DNA of 63,574 nucleotides, filler included, from It is 21 parts of 21 records of this genome, joined end to end, with 100 filler letters (N's around TTAATTAATTAA, not from the genome) between each part and the next. Parts side by side here need not be neighbours in the genome. Positions count along the whole stretch, not along the records: positions 6,034 to 11,815 come from SRR36015645_25345; positions 11,916 to 15,280 come from SRR36015645_26397; positions 15,381 to 17,965 come from SRR36015645_26447; positions 18,066 to 20,112 come from SRR36015645_26696; positions 20,213 to 22,244 come from SRR36015645_26891; 16 more parts are not named here. One strand, 5' to 3'. Shown piece by piece: positions 9,501 to 20,593 of this stretch (position 1 is its first letter; each line of letters starts with the position of its first letter). The notes under the pieces were generated by a model. It saw only the letters and a program-made list of their open reading frames with translations, ran no database searches and was not told where the DNA came from. The position numbers and the translations under genes were made by a program.

Positions 9501-11099
9501 GTCATAGAAACAGTCCGTAACGCCAAGCAGATTGGCCAAGACCAGTTTGAAGCATTCTCAAAGGAATGCATCGTGGACAGAACCAAGTCCATTGAGGTGG
9601 CAATCCACCGGAACAAGCTACCATTGTTTGCGACCAAGAGAGGACCCAAAATAACCAAAGGAAAACAACAGGTCAAATCTCTGAAGAATGATGTTGCGCT
9701 CTTCGCACGATTATATATCAGCTGCCAGACCCGTGATGGGAATGTAGAAGAGTTCTTCAGGCATGAAAATCAGCAATACCCTCCAGCTTTATCTGACGGA
9801 GGGAGACTGTACCTAGGGAGCAAGAGTGACTTGCTGGTGTGCCTTGAAGGCCATGCTGAGCCTCAGTCTGAAGCGCCTACTGTCACTGCTGTTGTCCTCG
9901 ATGGAGCAGTAATCGTACAGATGTTGAAGCCGGGTACTGCCAACACGTTCGAGGAATATGCACAGCAAGTGTTCATCCCATACGTTGTACAACAGCTCCA
10001 ACATGTATCACGTCTTGACCTTGTGTGGGACAGCTACAGAGCAGATTCCCTGAAGGCATCAACCAGAGAACAGCGTGGAAAGGGAGTACGTCGGCGTGTT
10101 GTCGACTCGGCAGTCATACCAGGAAATTGGCAAAATTTCCTGCGAGTTGATAGCAACAAAGTGGAGCTCTTCAGCTACCTCTCCACCATGCTTGCAGAGT
10201 CCTTTCAAGAAGAAGGCAAGGAACTGGTGGTCACTGATGGGGAGCAGGTGATCTGTGTTCCACAGCAAGAGGACGTCAACTCACTCGCACCATGCAACCA
10301 AGAAGAGGCAGACACTCGCATGATGCTACATGTAGCACATGCTGCACAACATGGTCACCACCAGATACAGGTTCGAACAGTAGACACTGACGTCGTGGTC
10401 CTAGCAGTGATGGTAGTCCAGAAACTACCAGCTGGAGACGAACTCTGGGTAGCCTTTGGGACAGGCAAGAACTACCGCTACATTGCAGCCCATGAAATAG
10501 CTTCCTCCCTTGGTCCAGAGAAGACATGTGCTCTTCCAATGTTTCATGCCATCACAGGGTGTGATACTGTGTCAGCCTTCGTCGGACATGGGAAGAAATC
10601 TGCCTGGGCAACATGGAACACGCTGCCAGAACTCACTGATGCCCTGCTGAGTCTGGCAAATGCACCCACAAGCATCCAAGAGGATACAATGCATGTCATC
10701 GAGAGGTTTGTAATACTCCAGTATGACCGCACAAGCAAATGCAAGGACGTCAACAAGGCGAGAAAGAAGCTCTTTGCAAAGAACACCTCTGTTCAGAACA
10801 TCCCGCCAACCTACGCTGCTCTGGAGCAGCATGTGAAGAGATCTGCCCTTCAGGGTGGTCATGTCTGGGGCCAGGCATTGGTACCAGAGCCCGTGCTCCC
10901 TCCACCAACAGACTGGGGCTGGCATCGGAGTGATGATGGGCCCTACACACCACTCTGGACCACACTCCCTGAGGCATCCAAGACCTGCTATGAGCTGGTG
11001 TCTTGCGGATGCAAGAAAGGCTGCAGAAACCGCTGCAAGTGCAAGAACGCTTCACTGAATTGCACTGGTCTGTGTTTCTGTGAAGGCGAATGTCAGTAG
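6522..11099 (+). CDS. Academ transposase with XPG/PIN-like nuclease and Cys8 finger, ~1525 aa
   Basis: ATG at 6522 sits in a GCCATGG Kozak context with an in-frame TAG upstream at 6450. Motifs VDNIDH, CDQPLF, GGLHIEM, DQGHEQNN, LDGA, WDSY, QEEADTRM, VDTDV, ITGCDTVS and CGCKKGCRNRCKCKNASLNCTGLCFC. Confidence 0.9.
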   Translation: MAKKFQLVDTFERRTPTTPTETNWKLCLVCQEETTESLVCPVLSKRRDPGSGYTTMAANLVKFDELGKLPRTVQLQRLDEGQGVEATMVAHQAKWHKTCMLKYNNTMLRRAEKRLIASSSAFGSTDNVPGKRARTHSSEATTSDTSCFFCGKSGTETIHEVATFQVDTRVRKCAAQVGDNELMARLSMGDMVALEAKYHSKCLLALYYRAKTTVQAEQKNDHEGVMSRIVLAEMVLYIEETHLEEGTAPVFRLADLAKLYTTRMEQLGVALCKKVNSTRLKERLLAQLPGLRCQSKGRDVLLAFDADIGEALGRACEQDCDTEAVHLARAAQIVRRYMFEDTDRFRGSFPGGCQENSVPNVLVAMVNMVLDGPSIKNQSHSSSTQAALSIAQLLKFNSVKHSRKQGATTTQEPPSVRHSSSQETPLPTYVGLMLHAETRKRGLVDKLFSLGLSISYDRVLRLSAQMGNSVCQLYHIEQVVCPPTLRSNVFTTAAVDNIDHNPSATTAKNSFHGTGISLVQHPTCADEGVDRSIALTGSDTGSKTVEPLPEYYTDVRPVASSVKGQTIPATSVTSLRRHNFEQHIEYEYMWLENTRSVLKDDVEACENTSWAAYHARHQDPKQPVITPTSLLPLFQESAHTVAMIRHSIDVVRNAVQHLNPGQTPVLTCDQPLFTLAKQIQWKWPDTYGEDQLVVMFGGLHIEMTALKTLGDWLQGSGWTQALVQAEITTAGTADSFLRAAHVTRTRRAHQVTAAALYILQRRAYDQYSTTNTEDDAHPGSFEDWCSQREQSYPQFQYWSTVLALELSTLIYVRSLREANFSMYVDALTELVPWFFALDHTNYARWIPVHLRDMAELANKHPDVFTEFSNGHFTVQKTKRIFSAIPIDQGHEQNNAYVKGDGGAIGLTDNPTALRRWMVAGPEVARVIVEFDAFNLHPHDQEETRQHEETPSVQKTFARDVRSLVAVIEELGNPFEEDSQDLLVLDTKEIADPAVIETVRNAKQIGQDQFEAFSKECIVDRTKSIEVAIHRNKLPLFATKRGPKITKGKQQVKSLKNDVALFARLYISCQTRDGNVEEFFRHENQQYPPALSDGGRLYLGSKSDLLVCLEGHAEPQSEAPTVTAVVLDGAVIVQMLKPGTANTFEEYAQQVFIPYVVQQLQHVSRLDLVWDSYRADSLKASTREQRGKGVRRRVVDSAVIPGNWQNFLRVDSNKVELFSYLSTMLAESFQEEGKELVVTDGEQVICVPQQEDVNSLAPCNQEEADTRMMLHVAHAAQHGHHQIQVRTVDTDVVVLAVMVVQKLPAGDELWVAFGTGKNYRYIAAHEIASSLGPEKTCALPMFHAITGCDTVSAFVGHGKKSAWATWNTLPELTDALLSLANAPTSIQEDTMHVIERFVILQYDRTSKCKDVNKARKKLFAKNTSVQNIPPTYAALEQHVKRSALQGGHVWGQALVPEPVLPPPTDWGWHRSDDGPYTPLWTTLPEASKTCYELVSCGCKKGCRNRCKCKNASLNCTGLCFCEGECQ

Positions 11100-11639
11100 A
11101 TTAGGACAGAAAACTTGCTAGCCAACATTATGATCTGTAGACATTCATAATCCTGGTGACCAGATTTGAAAAGTTCAGAATCATAATTAACATAGTGTGG
11201 CAAAATCTACGTTATTGTATTACATGTATGTACTGCAGGATTATACAATACTGAAAGTTATTGTATTGGCAACTGTTTATTGTGTCCTCTTCTTGAAGCC
11301 ACTTAGATTTGTTCATTTATATTAGATCTATCCATAAATGTATAACTGTAAGTACTGTGCCTAGAGACGGCTTCTGGTCGACTATATAACTACAATTTGA
11401 CCATACTGTAAACTCCCCGTACTCTGTGTATTATGTTGACTACCATTCCATTGCAATTTTGCCAGCAATTTGAAATAACAAATTTGAATTTTGAAATAAA
11501 GTATTGAAATCTTCATCAAATGTCCACTTTTCCACCAAATGGCGGCAAGTTTGTGGGCCATTTTTGAGAAGATTCATCTAAATATCTGTTAAACACTTAT
11601 TGATGTTAATTCTGATGTAAAAAAAATGATTTTTGGCCC

Positions 11640-11815
11640 ATCTAGCACCATACTAACGACACATAATGAAGTCTATGTAATGACGCTAATGGTAAATGGC
11701 GGCCATTTTGAACAATGGCCGCCATATCTTCCACAGGGCTAATCTTGAATGCCTCCATATCCAAAAATGTTTAGAATATATTAATCTACATGTGTGCCAA
11801 TTTTGGTGCTTTTAG
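11640..11815 (-). repeat. Right TIR of Academ element 2
   Basis: The reverse complement matches 6034..~6210. Confidence 0.92.
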
Positions 11816-11915
11816 NNNNNNNNNNNNNNNNNNNNNNNNNNNNNNNNNNNNNNNNNNNNTTAATTAATTAANNNNNNNNNNNNNNNNNNNNNNNNNNNNN
11901 NNNNNNNNNNNNNNN

Positions 11916-14900
11916 CCGAAAGGATTGAATTGTGGTTCGCGGTTAACGAGGATAAATTCAGCACGGACAGTAAAAAGGTGGCGGCATTTTTGACTGTAAT
12001 AGGGTCAAGGAGTTACGAACTGCTTCGAAATTTACTGACTCCGGCTAAACCTAAGGACAAGAAACTGAACGAACTCATAGAAAGCCTGCAGAACTACTAC
12101 CAGCCGAAACCATTGGTAATAGCTGAGCGGTTCAAGTTCTACAAGCGTAACCAAGAGCAGGGCGAGACTGTTTCTCAATATATGGCACAGCTCCGAAAGT
12201 TGGCTGAAAAATGCAGTTTTGGCCAGTTTCTGGATGAGGCGTTGCGTGATCGTCTCGTGTGCGGCATGAACAATACGTCAGCCCAGAAGCGACTTCTGGC
12301 AGAATCTGATTTGACGGTCGCAAAAGCACTGCAGGTGGCACAAAGTATGGAATTAGCTGCAAAGCAAGCTACCGAGCTGCGCAGTGTCGGCGATTCCGCA
12401 CCCCAGGGAGTGAACCGTGTGAAACAGCATCAAGCCAGGTACAGTGAAAAGTGTTATCGTTGTCTTGGTGACAATCATCAAGCCAGTAAGTGCAAATATC
12501 GTGACTATGTGTGCTCCTTCTGCAAAAAGAAAGGACATTTACAAGTCGCTTGTCGTTCCAAGAAGGATCAGACACAACACTCTGGAAGTCAGCCAAAATT
12601 TCGTCATAAACAAAAACAAAAGTTGCACGCTGTAATGGAAGATTATGACGACGGTACTGACACTAACATACTGCATCTCAGTGGAGTTTACTCGAAAGCG
12701 AAAGTGAGCTCCTCACATCATGTGAAAGATGTACACTTTACGAAACGGCAAAGTTGTCCACCACCGATCAAAGTAACGCCAAAATTAAATGGTGTCCCAG
12801 TGGAAATGGAATTGGATACAGGTGCATCTATGACAATAGTTTCCGAAAAAGCTATTTCGAAACTTCCTGACATTGTTATACGTGAGTCGCCGTATCGGTT
12901 ATTTACCTACACTGGTGAACAGTTGGATATTGTGGGTGAGACTGATGTGAACGTTGGTTACGAAAACCAAATGCAAACATTGCCGGTAATAATCACAAAA
13001 CATGAACAGCCAGCACTGCTAGGCCGAAATTGGCTACAAACTCTGAAACTGGACTGGAAAGGAATATGTAACATAGCCAGCTCCAGTTCTCGTGACACGG
13101 CACAGGCGATAATCGATGACTTTCAGGATGTGTTCACTGATGAACTGGGTACCTTTAAGGGGGCTAAAGCGAAGCTACACCTTAAAGAGGGCGCTATTCC
13201 CAAGTTCCACAAGGCGAGATCCGTTCCGTACGCTATGAAATCGAAAATAGGACGGACATTGGATAAAATGGAGAGCTCAGGTGTAATTGAAAAAGTTCAA
13301 TACAGTGACTGGGCCGCGCCTACTGTTAATGTGCCGAAAGTCAATGATGATGTGCGAATTTGTGGTGACTTCAAATACTTGAATCAACACATAAATGTTG
13401 ATCAGTATCCGCTTCCGAAACCAGCAGGGATATTCTCTACACTCAATGGAGGTAAGAGTTTTGCCAAACTTGACTTGTCGCGTGCCTATGAACAAATGGA
13501 AGTTGATGACGATTCCAAGCCCTTGTTATGTATCAACACACACCAGGGACTGTATAGATACAACCGTTTACCGTATGGTGTCGCACCAGCTGTAGCTATC
13601 TTCCAACAGGAAATGGAAAAGTTGTTAAGCGGCATACCAGGCGTGTGTGTGTACATTGATGATATTTTGATCAAAGGAGACGACGATGCCGAGCTATATT
13701 CGCGACTAAGGCAGGTTTTATCACGACTGCGTGACCGTAATCTTCGCTTAAAATTTAGCAAATGTGACATCGCGAAGCCATCTGTTACGTTTCTGGGGTA
13801 TCGCATCGATGCGAATGGATTACATACCCTGGAAAGTAAAGTGCAGGTAGTCAAGGATGCAAGGCGACCGGAAAATGTCCAGCAGCTCAGGAGTTTCTTG
13901 GGAATTGTAAATTACTACGGGAAGTTTGTGCCTCAGTTATCTACCGTGGCCTACCCCATGCATCAGTTGTTGAAAAATGATGCAAAATGGGAGTGGTCTG
14001 GGCAATGTGAAAATTCGTTCCAGCGCGTGAAATCCTTGTTGTGTACTGCACCGGTGTTGGCACACTATGATGTCAACATACCTGTTAAGTTGGCATGTGA
14101 TGCGTCTTCCTACGGAATCGGCGCTGTGATATCCCATGTGTATGAGGATAAATCAGAGCGACCCATCGCTTATGCTTCACGGTCATTGAGTGCCAGTGAG
14201 AAAAATTATGCGCAAATCGAAAAGGAGGCGTTAAGTATCGTGTATGGCGTGAAGTATTTCCAGGAATACTTAATGGGAAGAAGATTTATTCTTTCCACTG
14301 ATCACAAGCCGTTGTTGACCATATTTGGTCCCAAAGTAGGCCTACCTTCGTTAGCGGCTGCACGTTTGCAGAGATGGGCCATATTAATGTCGGCATTCGA
14401 TTACGATATCGAATATAAGCGTTCTGGTGATCACGGAAATGCGGATATGTTATCACGTCTTCCACAAAAGGAACGAGAAGACACGGTTGATGCGCCAACT
14501 GTTATTAATGTGAAGCAGATAAATATGCTACCTGTTAAAGCTGCTGACATAAAAGTAGCTACACGCCGTGACCCAGTTTTGGCGAAAGTGCTCGATTACA
14601 CGGTTAATGGATGGCCAGTTAACGTAAATGAGCCATTGAAATCGTATTGTTCAAAGCAAAATGAAATTGCTGTACAGGATGGATGCCTACTATGGGGCAT
14701 GCGTGTGATCATTCCGACTAAACTGCGGAAAACTGTGCTTGACGAAATTCACAGCACACACATGGGTGTTGTGAAAATGAAGTCACTGGGCCGTTTGCAC
14801 GTTTGGTGGCCTGGTTTCGACAAGGATATCGAACAATTAGTTCATACCTGTGCTCCATGCCAGTCCGCACGCAACAGCCCACCTGTTACGCCGCTTCACC

Positions 14901-15280
14901 CATGGGAATATCCGAAATCCCCATGGCAAAGGCTTCACATGGATTTCGCCGGGCCAAATAAGGATGGGGTGAGCCTGTTAATAACTATCGACGCGTACTC
15001 AAAATGGATTGAGGCGAGTATCATGCGTTCTACTACTGCCGAGAAAACGATAGAGGAAGTACGAAAATTGTTAGCCACCCATGGATTGTTTGACGTTTTG
15101 GTGACTGATAATGGACCACAGTTCACTAGTGAAACATTCCAACAATTCCTTAGTGAACGAGGCATACGTCACAAATTCAGTGCTCCATATCATCCCGCTA
15201 CAAATGGTGCCGCTGAACGAGCCGTCCAGCTGATCAAGAAGGCCTTGTACAAAAACCCGGATGGAAAACTGGAACACAGA
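11916..15280 (+). CDS. Ty3/gypsy (Mag-like) single-ORF gag-pol polyprotein, truncated at both ends
   Basis: Gag LRDRLVCG; two zinc knuckles (CYRCLGDNHQASKC, CSFCKKKGHLQVAC); protease LDTGA; RT YIDD; RNase H CDASSYG and TDHKPL; integrase HHCC and HMDFAGP/TDNGPQF/NGAAER. Confidence 0.95.
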
Positions 15281-16155
15281 NNNNNNNNNNNNNNNNNNNN
15301 NNNNNNNNNNNNNNNNNNNNNNNNTTAATTAATTAANNNNNNNNNNNNNNNNNNNNNNNNNNNNNNNNNNNNNNNNNNNNCAGATCGCCACTAATTTCGA
15401 ACACTGCATGATTGGTCGTATATCATTCAGATTCAGTATGTATGTCTTTACCCTCCTTACGTGCACACGGATAAACATATTTGAGGCACGTTATCTAACA
15501 ATATCAATATGTCAAGGATAGCTAAAACAAGATGTTGACTTACATATACAATGGAAAAATGTGTGCATCATATAGAACTTGCAGTACGTAAGCTTCTGGC
15601 TTTAAGTCTGTCAATGCATAGGCCATGTCTGTCTAGCCTTGTTCATCATTGTCGTGTTAAAGTCACGAAATTGTCAAGGCGCAAATAAAAAATTATTTAC
15701 AGGCCAAATATGATCTATTGACCTTTAGCTCAACCCAACTAACAGACATTATACAATTTCTCTAGTAAATTATTTGCAAATAGTTGTGTATAGTCAGTAG
15801 GCTATATGCAGTAGGCCTTGCAAATGGTCGGCAAAATCAATTTCAAAACATCCTGCTTCAGGTGCATAACATCTGGGAATATGATTTTTTTAGGTGGCGA
15901 TCTAATTAAATTTCAGATTCAAAAAATAAAACTAGGGCCTAAGCACAAACCCAGTGAAAACTTTGAAAGTCAGCTTTTTAAAAACAATTGCATTGACTTT
16001 ACTTTTACGTGATGTGTTGTTGTTTTAGATGATGTCATGGCTAGTGTCGAGATTTGCTCTTCTTGATGGTTTGGAGACAGCTAGAATTCGGGAGACAGTT
16101 TCTGCAGACAATAATTGAGACCACAGGAACACATGGCTGAAAACTTCGACATTGC

Positions 16156-17965
16156 ATGACATTTGCACATGTGTTTTATTGTAAATCTATTGCAATGGAT
16201 GATTCCGTTACGTCAAGTTCGCTCGCTAGTATTATGTCAACAAAACGTTCTGTAGCAGATGCACGTATGTCAACGCCACGTTTCGTTCAAATTTCGAGTC
16301 CTGTAGAAACACAGAGTTCCACAGGGCCACTGAAATCTATGGGAACATCGAAGGGAAATACGGTATTCATGCAAACTTTTTTCAACTTAGGTGCAACACA
16401 GCATTCCTACGCTCATAGTGCAGCTGCACCACAAAGTGAAATGCCGAATAACAGCATTTTAACTCCACCTTGTACAGCTGCGTCAAAGTCATATGTGTGT
16501 ACTAGCAGTGCGACTACTAACTTGTCAAATAGGTGTCCAGCAATGGATGATTCAGTTACGTCGTGTTTGTCCGATAGTGTCGTGTCAACAAAATGCACTG
16601 TAGCGGATGCATGTATGCCTGCACTACGTTTCATTCAAAGTTCGAATCCTGCAGAAATGCAAAGTACCACTGGACCACTGAAATCTATGAGAACATCGAT
16701 GGGAAATGCGGCAGTCAGGCAAAATTTTCAACTTCGTTACTTAGGGGCAATACCACATCCTTACATTCATAGCGCAGCTGCACCAACGAGTGAAATGCCT
16801 AATAACAATATTGGCACACCACATTGCACAGCTGCGTCAATACCATATGTCTGTACTAGCAGTGTGCCTGCTAACTTGTCAAATAGGTGTCCAGCGTCAC
16901 TGATTTGGCCCAAAGGCTCTTCGAGTTCGAACCAGATGCAGTGTTTCAAGCTGCCGCTACAATCTGTCAAGCTAGCGCATTTGTTGCCAGGGAATGTTAG
17001 CGGTGGCAGATGTTATACTAGTCCAGCACAACTGACTACTCAAACATCGAATGGTTCCACTTTGGCACAGGAAAATATGACAATGCGCAGTACTGATGCT
17101 AATGTGGCTAGAAAAGGTGTGAAGATTTTTGGGCCATTTCGAAAACCGGTTTCTTTGCAATTATTTTCGAAAGCCCCTATAAAACAAGTGCATCACAACA
17201 ATATTAGTGTTTGTGGATCTGCTATGACAATGCCGGTGGTTGGTGGAATGACTCAAAATCTTGTGCACTGCGATTCCATGCCACAACTGTATTCGAAGAC
17301 TATTTCTGCTGTGCAGCCACCAAACAAATCAATCATTTTGGCTAAAGCCACGTCATCAATGAATAGTGTAGGGAAAACTACGGTACTGGATGGCAAGGCG
17401 GATGTTTGGACTATTTCCAATGTTCAGTCACCAAACAAATCTGTCCAAATTGCCAATGCCACGTCGTCATTGAATAGTGTAGGGAAGGCTGCAGTGCAGG
17501 ACAGCCCACCGTGTATTCAGACAATGTCCAGCATGCAGTTACCCGACAAGTCGGTCAAGATGAACTATCGTTTCTTACCCATATCTAGATTGTCGTCAGC
17601 AAGCGACAAATCTTTGACGCAAGAGTGTAATTTAAAACGGTCATCATTAGATCCCAGCACGTCGTTCGGTCCTAACAAAACTTCTGCACGTCCTGCAGTA
17701 ACATTGACACTTTCGTCTAATACCCAGTCAAAGCCAACTTCTACTAGTGGCATTTCCAATGTTATCGTAAGCAACCTTCCAATAGCAAGGGACAACTCTA
17801 TTTCAATTCGGCCAAAAGTGTATGGCACAATGTGCAACGTTTCTCAGCGAAACATTCCGGTGGCAAAGTTAGATTTCAGTCACTGTGGGCCCCCCTTTAG
17901 CAATCTGAAACCTCAAGATTTCACAAGTTTTGGCACTAATGCCAATATTAGTTTGAGCAATAGTG
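16156..17965 (+). CDS. Ser/Thr-rich uncharacterised protein with internal tandem repeats (probably a large exon, 3'-truncated)
   Basis: About 600 open codons. An in-frame 116/118-aa duplication and 37-aa repeats both preserve frame. No recognisable domain. Confidence 0.6.
16192..16893 (+). repeat. Two-copy tandem repeat, 348/354 nt
   Basis: Copies start GCAATGGATGATTC at 16192 and 16540, and both end AACTTGTCAAATAGGTGTCCA. Confidence 0.9.
17299..17560 (+). repeat. 111-nt (37-aa) tandem repeat, ~2.4 copies
   Basis: TISAVQPPNKS / TISNVQSPNKS / TMSSMQLPDKS start at 17299, 17410 and 17521. Confidence 0.8.
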
Positions 17966-18268
17966 NNNNNNNNNNNNNNNNNNNNNNNNNNNNNNNNNNN
18001 NNNNNNNNNTTAATTAATTAANNNNNNNNNNNNNNNNNNNNNNNNNNNNNNNNNNNNNNNNNNNNCAAATTCGAACATGTAACATGGGGCTATAGCATGG
18101 CTACCACCGTGGGGGGGCCACGAGTCAAGTGATGAATGAATAAGACGATACTTTTAATAAATTCATTGTTAGTGGGTCATTCACCGCACGGGGGTCGCCC
18201 CATAGAGGTCCAAATTTGTTAAGACACAGCTAAAAACTTATAAATTTGGGGAAAGAAGTAGTTAACTT

Positions 18269-18315
18269 TTACTAACTGCTGTGGCAACATGTTAAGACAC
18301 TGTCTATATTTTTAG
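18269..18315 (+). promoter_or_regulatory. Putative branch point and 3' splice acceptor for the env-like exon
   Basis: TACTAAC at ~18270-18276 and TATATTTTTAG ending at 18315. An in-frame TAA lies at 18293, and there is no ATG or signal peptide before the homologous region. Confidence 0.6.
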
Positions 18316-20112
18316 GGTTATCAAACCACCAGAAGGAGCGGCAGTGGTTGACCGATGGAAACAGGGTGCCCAGCTGGTAGCCATGGAACATTACATAGAT
18401 GACCTGGAATACGTTCAGCTAACCATGGTACTCAATCTGGGCAACTACCGACGAGCCATGCAATCGGAACTAGCTGCCATACCCCAGATGGACACCTGTG
18501 CCACAACAACCACGGTCCGGGAACTGTCCAAATGCAACAACCGCAATTTCGTCAAGACCCTATTAAAAGATGGGAAAGTACAGCTACAACAGCGATTTAG
18601 AAATCTGGAAGACATTTTAATTGATCTAATTCAAACCGGTCGTCATCGACGACGCGGTGTTCTTAATAGCTTTTACGACACTGTAGGTGTTGCGTCACTC
18701 GACCGCTTAGAGGGTGAAGATACCGCCATAGGTCAACTTGAACGAAATATGATGCAATTACAGAAAGTACAGGGCTTAACAGTGAGAAGTCTTGAAGGTA
18801 CAATTCAAATAGTAGACCGTCGTATCACAAAAATTGTCAACCATCTCACTAGTACTGAAACAAAAGTACAGCAAGCTCTAAAAGAAATACAAGATGAACA
18901 GGTTGCCATCGGGTATATGGATAGTAAGTTTTTAGAGGTACATCAACATATCTCTTTTGTGCTTCGCGAGGCCGAAATGCTGGTCTCGGAAGTGATTAGT
19001 GACATCACAACCGCGATTCAAGGTCATTTGCGTAAGGGCTTGTTCACCGAAACCACCTGGTTAACAGCCTTTGGGCAACTTCAGGCCTACATTAGTAACA
19101 AAACCCCCTCACGACAGTCCCTCGCCAGAAGTGCAGCCCAATTAAGTCTAGCCCCCGTGCAGAGGGTGACCATACGAGAAGAGTACATAAAATTTATTAT
19201 TTGGGCATACACGGAACCGGTAGGCAATGGAGAACGTCTGTACAAAATTAATACGATACCGACCTCATTACCAGGCAATGAACGCCTTTTCCAATATCAA
19301 CTAGATCTTCCGGATTGGGTAGTGGGATCCACTGAAACCAATTTTCGACCCATCCAAGCGACGGCCTACGACTGTATAAAACGTCCCGGGTTTCTAGCCT
19401 GTCCTAACAATGGGCCCCAAGACAGCAGCATAGATGGGTGCATACGAGCTATATTAAACCGCAACATACCTGACATCAGCCTTTCCTGTCGGCCAAGAAT
19501 CATCCCCACCCAAACCATTCCGTCTGTTTATCATGTAGCCAATAGAACCGTAGTCCTGACGTATGCTGCAATGTCTCAACTTAAAATACAATGTAATGGG
19601 GCAGTGAATGTCTTTGACTGCCACGCCGGATGTTCGTTTCAATTACAGTGTAGCTGTTCGTATTTGGCCATACGAGATAATAACACCGATGTGGAAGTAA
19701 TTTCGGACACCACCCCTTCATGTTTAAACCATGCCAGCCAACCCGACCCCCTTAATCAAGAAATTTTGGCACACTTAATGGAAACTTACAACTTAACTGA
19801 AATACCCGTTACGGCCTCTCAAATCCGTGTAACCCCTGTCACCCTACCCAAGCTAAATTTCAGCGACTTAGCAACCAGTGAGAAGCACGGCCGCACCCAG
19901 TTAAAATATGTACTAGGGGAACTTTCTCGAGCCAAATTGTCTTACCGTCAACCTTCCCTGATACATGTAACACGAAATTTTTGGGCCCAGAAAATAGTAC
20001 CATATTTAGTTTACGTCAATTTTATTGGATGGGTATTCGGAATTACCCTGTCCCTATATCTTTCCCGCCGTCTTGCTCTTGCCCGAAGCCTTGCTACGAT
20101 GGCTTTAGTTCG
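18316..20112 (+). CDS. Env-like class I fusion (F-type) glycoprotein, 3'-truncated; the 5' end is probably on an upstream exon
   Basis: Furin site RHRRR (18641-18655), then a fusion-peptide-like GVLNSFYDTVGVAS, long heptad repeats, an LYKINTIP motif, a Cys-rich ectodomain, N-glycosylation sequons and a C-terminal TM helix IVPYLVYVNFIGWVFGITLSLYL. Confidence 0.75.
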
Positions 20113-20593
20113 NNNNNNNNNNNNNNNNNNNNNNNNNNNNNNNNNNNNNNNNNNNNTTAATTAATTAANNNNNNNNNNNNNNNNNNNNNNNNNNNNNNNN
20201 NNNNNNNNNNNNTTTCACTGGTACTTCGTTGTTCTACGTGTGTCTGTGTAACGCAAAATATCCCTTTACCAGCGCAGACTGACTAGGCCTATTACAGCAT
20301 GTACAGTTATAGGCCTACATGATTTTTTTATAGGCCCATAATATTTATGTAAAGCTCTCTCTCTTCAAATGTAAATGGTTTTATTTAGGGGTCTAAAAAT
20401 AAATTTTACAGCAATCTTGCACGAAAGCTACATGTAGGCTATACCATATTGCTATTAATCGAGTTTTGAAGAAATTGTCAGTGACTGTAAATCAAAATAT
20501 CGATTTCCCAGGGCTTCCATTAGTTGTTAATTCACTTTATCGTCCAGTGCACCATTGATGTAGGCCTACTGAAGGCTAGTAATTTTTTTTTAG

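Larger units (their letters stand above)
6034..11815 (+). mobile_element. Academ (AcademX-type) DNA transposon, element 2
   Basis: TIRs beginning CTAAAAGCACCAAAATTGGCACACATGTAG at both ends enclose one ORF of about 1525 aa that is homologous to element 1. Confidence 0.87.

Noticed and set aside
1439-11058. Numerous short antisense or overlapping ORFs (60-130 aa) within the large ORFs, and likewise elsewhere in the window
   Set aside because: They are shadow frames of long coding regions with no motifs of their own.
11916-20112. Gypsy gag-pol plus the env-like ORF as a single errantivirus-like provirus
   Set aside because: They lie in different fragments separated by artificial spacers and an unrelated ORF. 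Linkage cannot be inferred.
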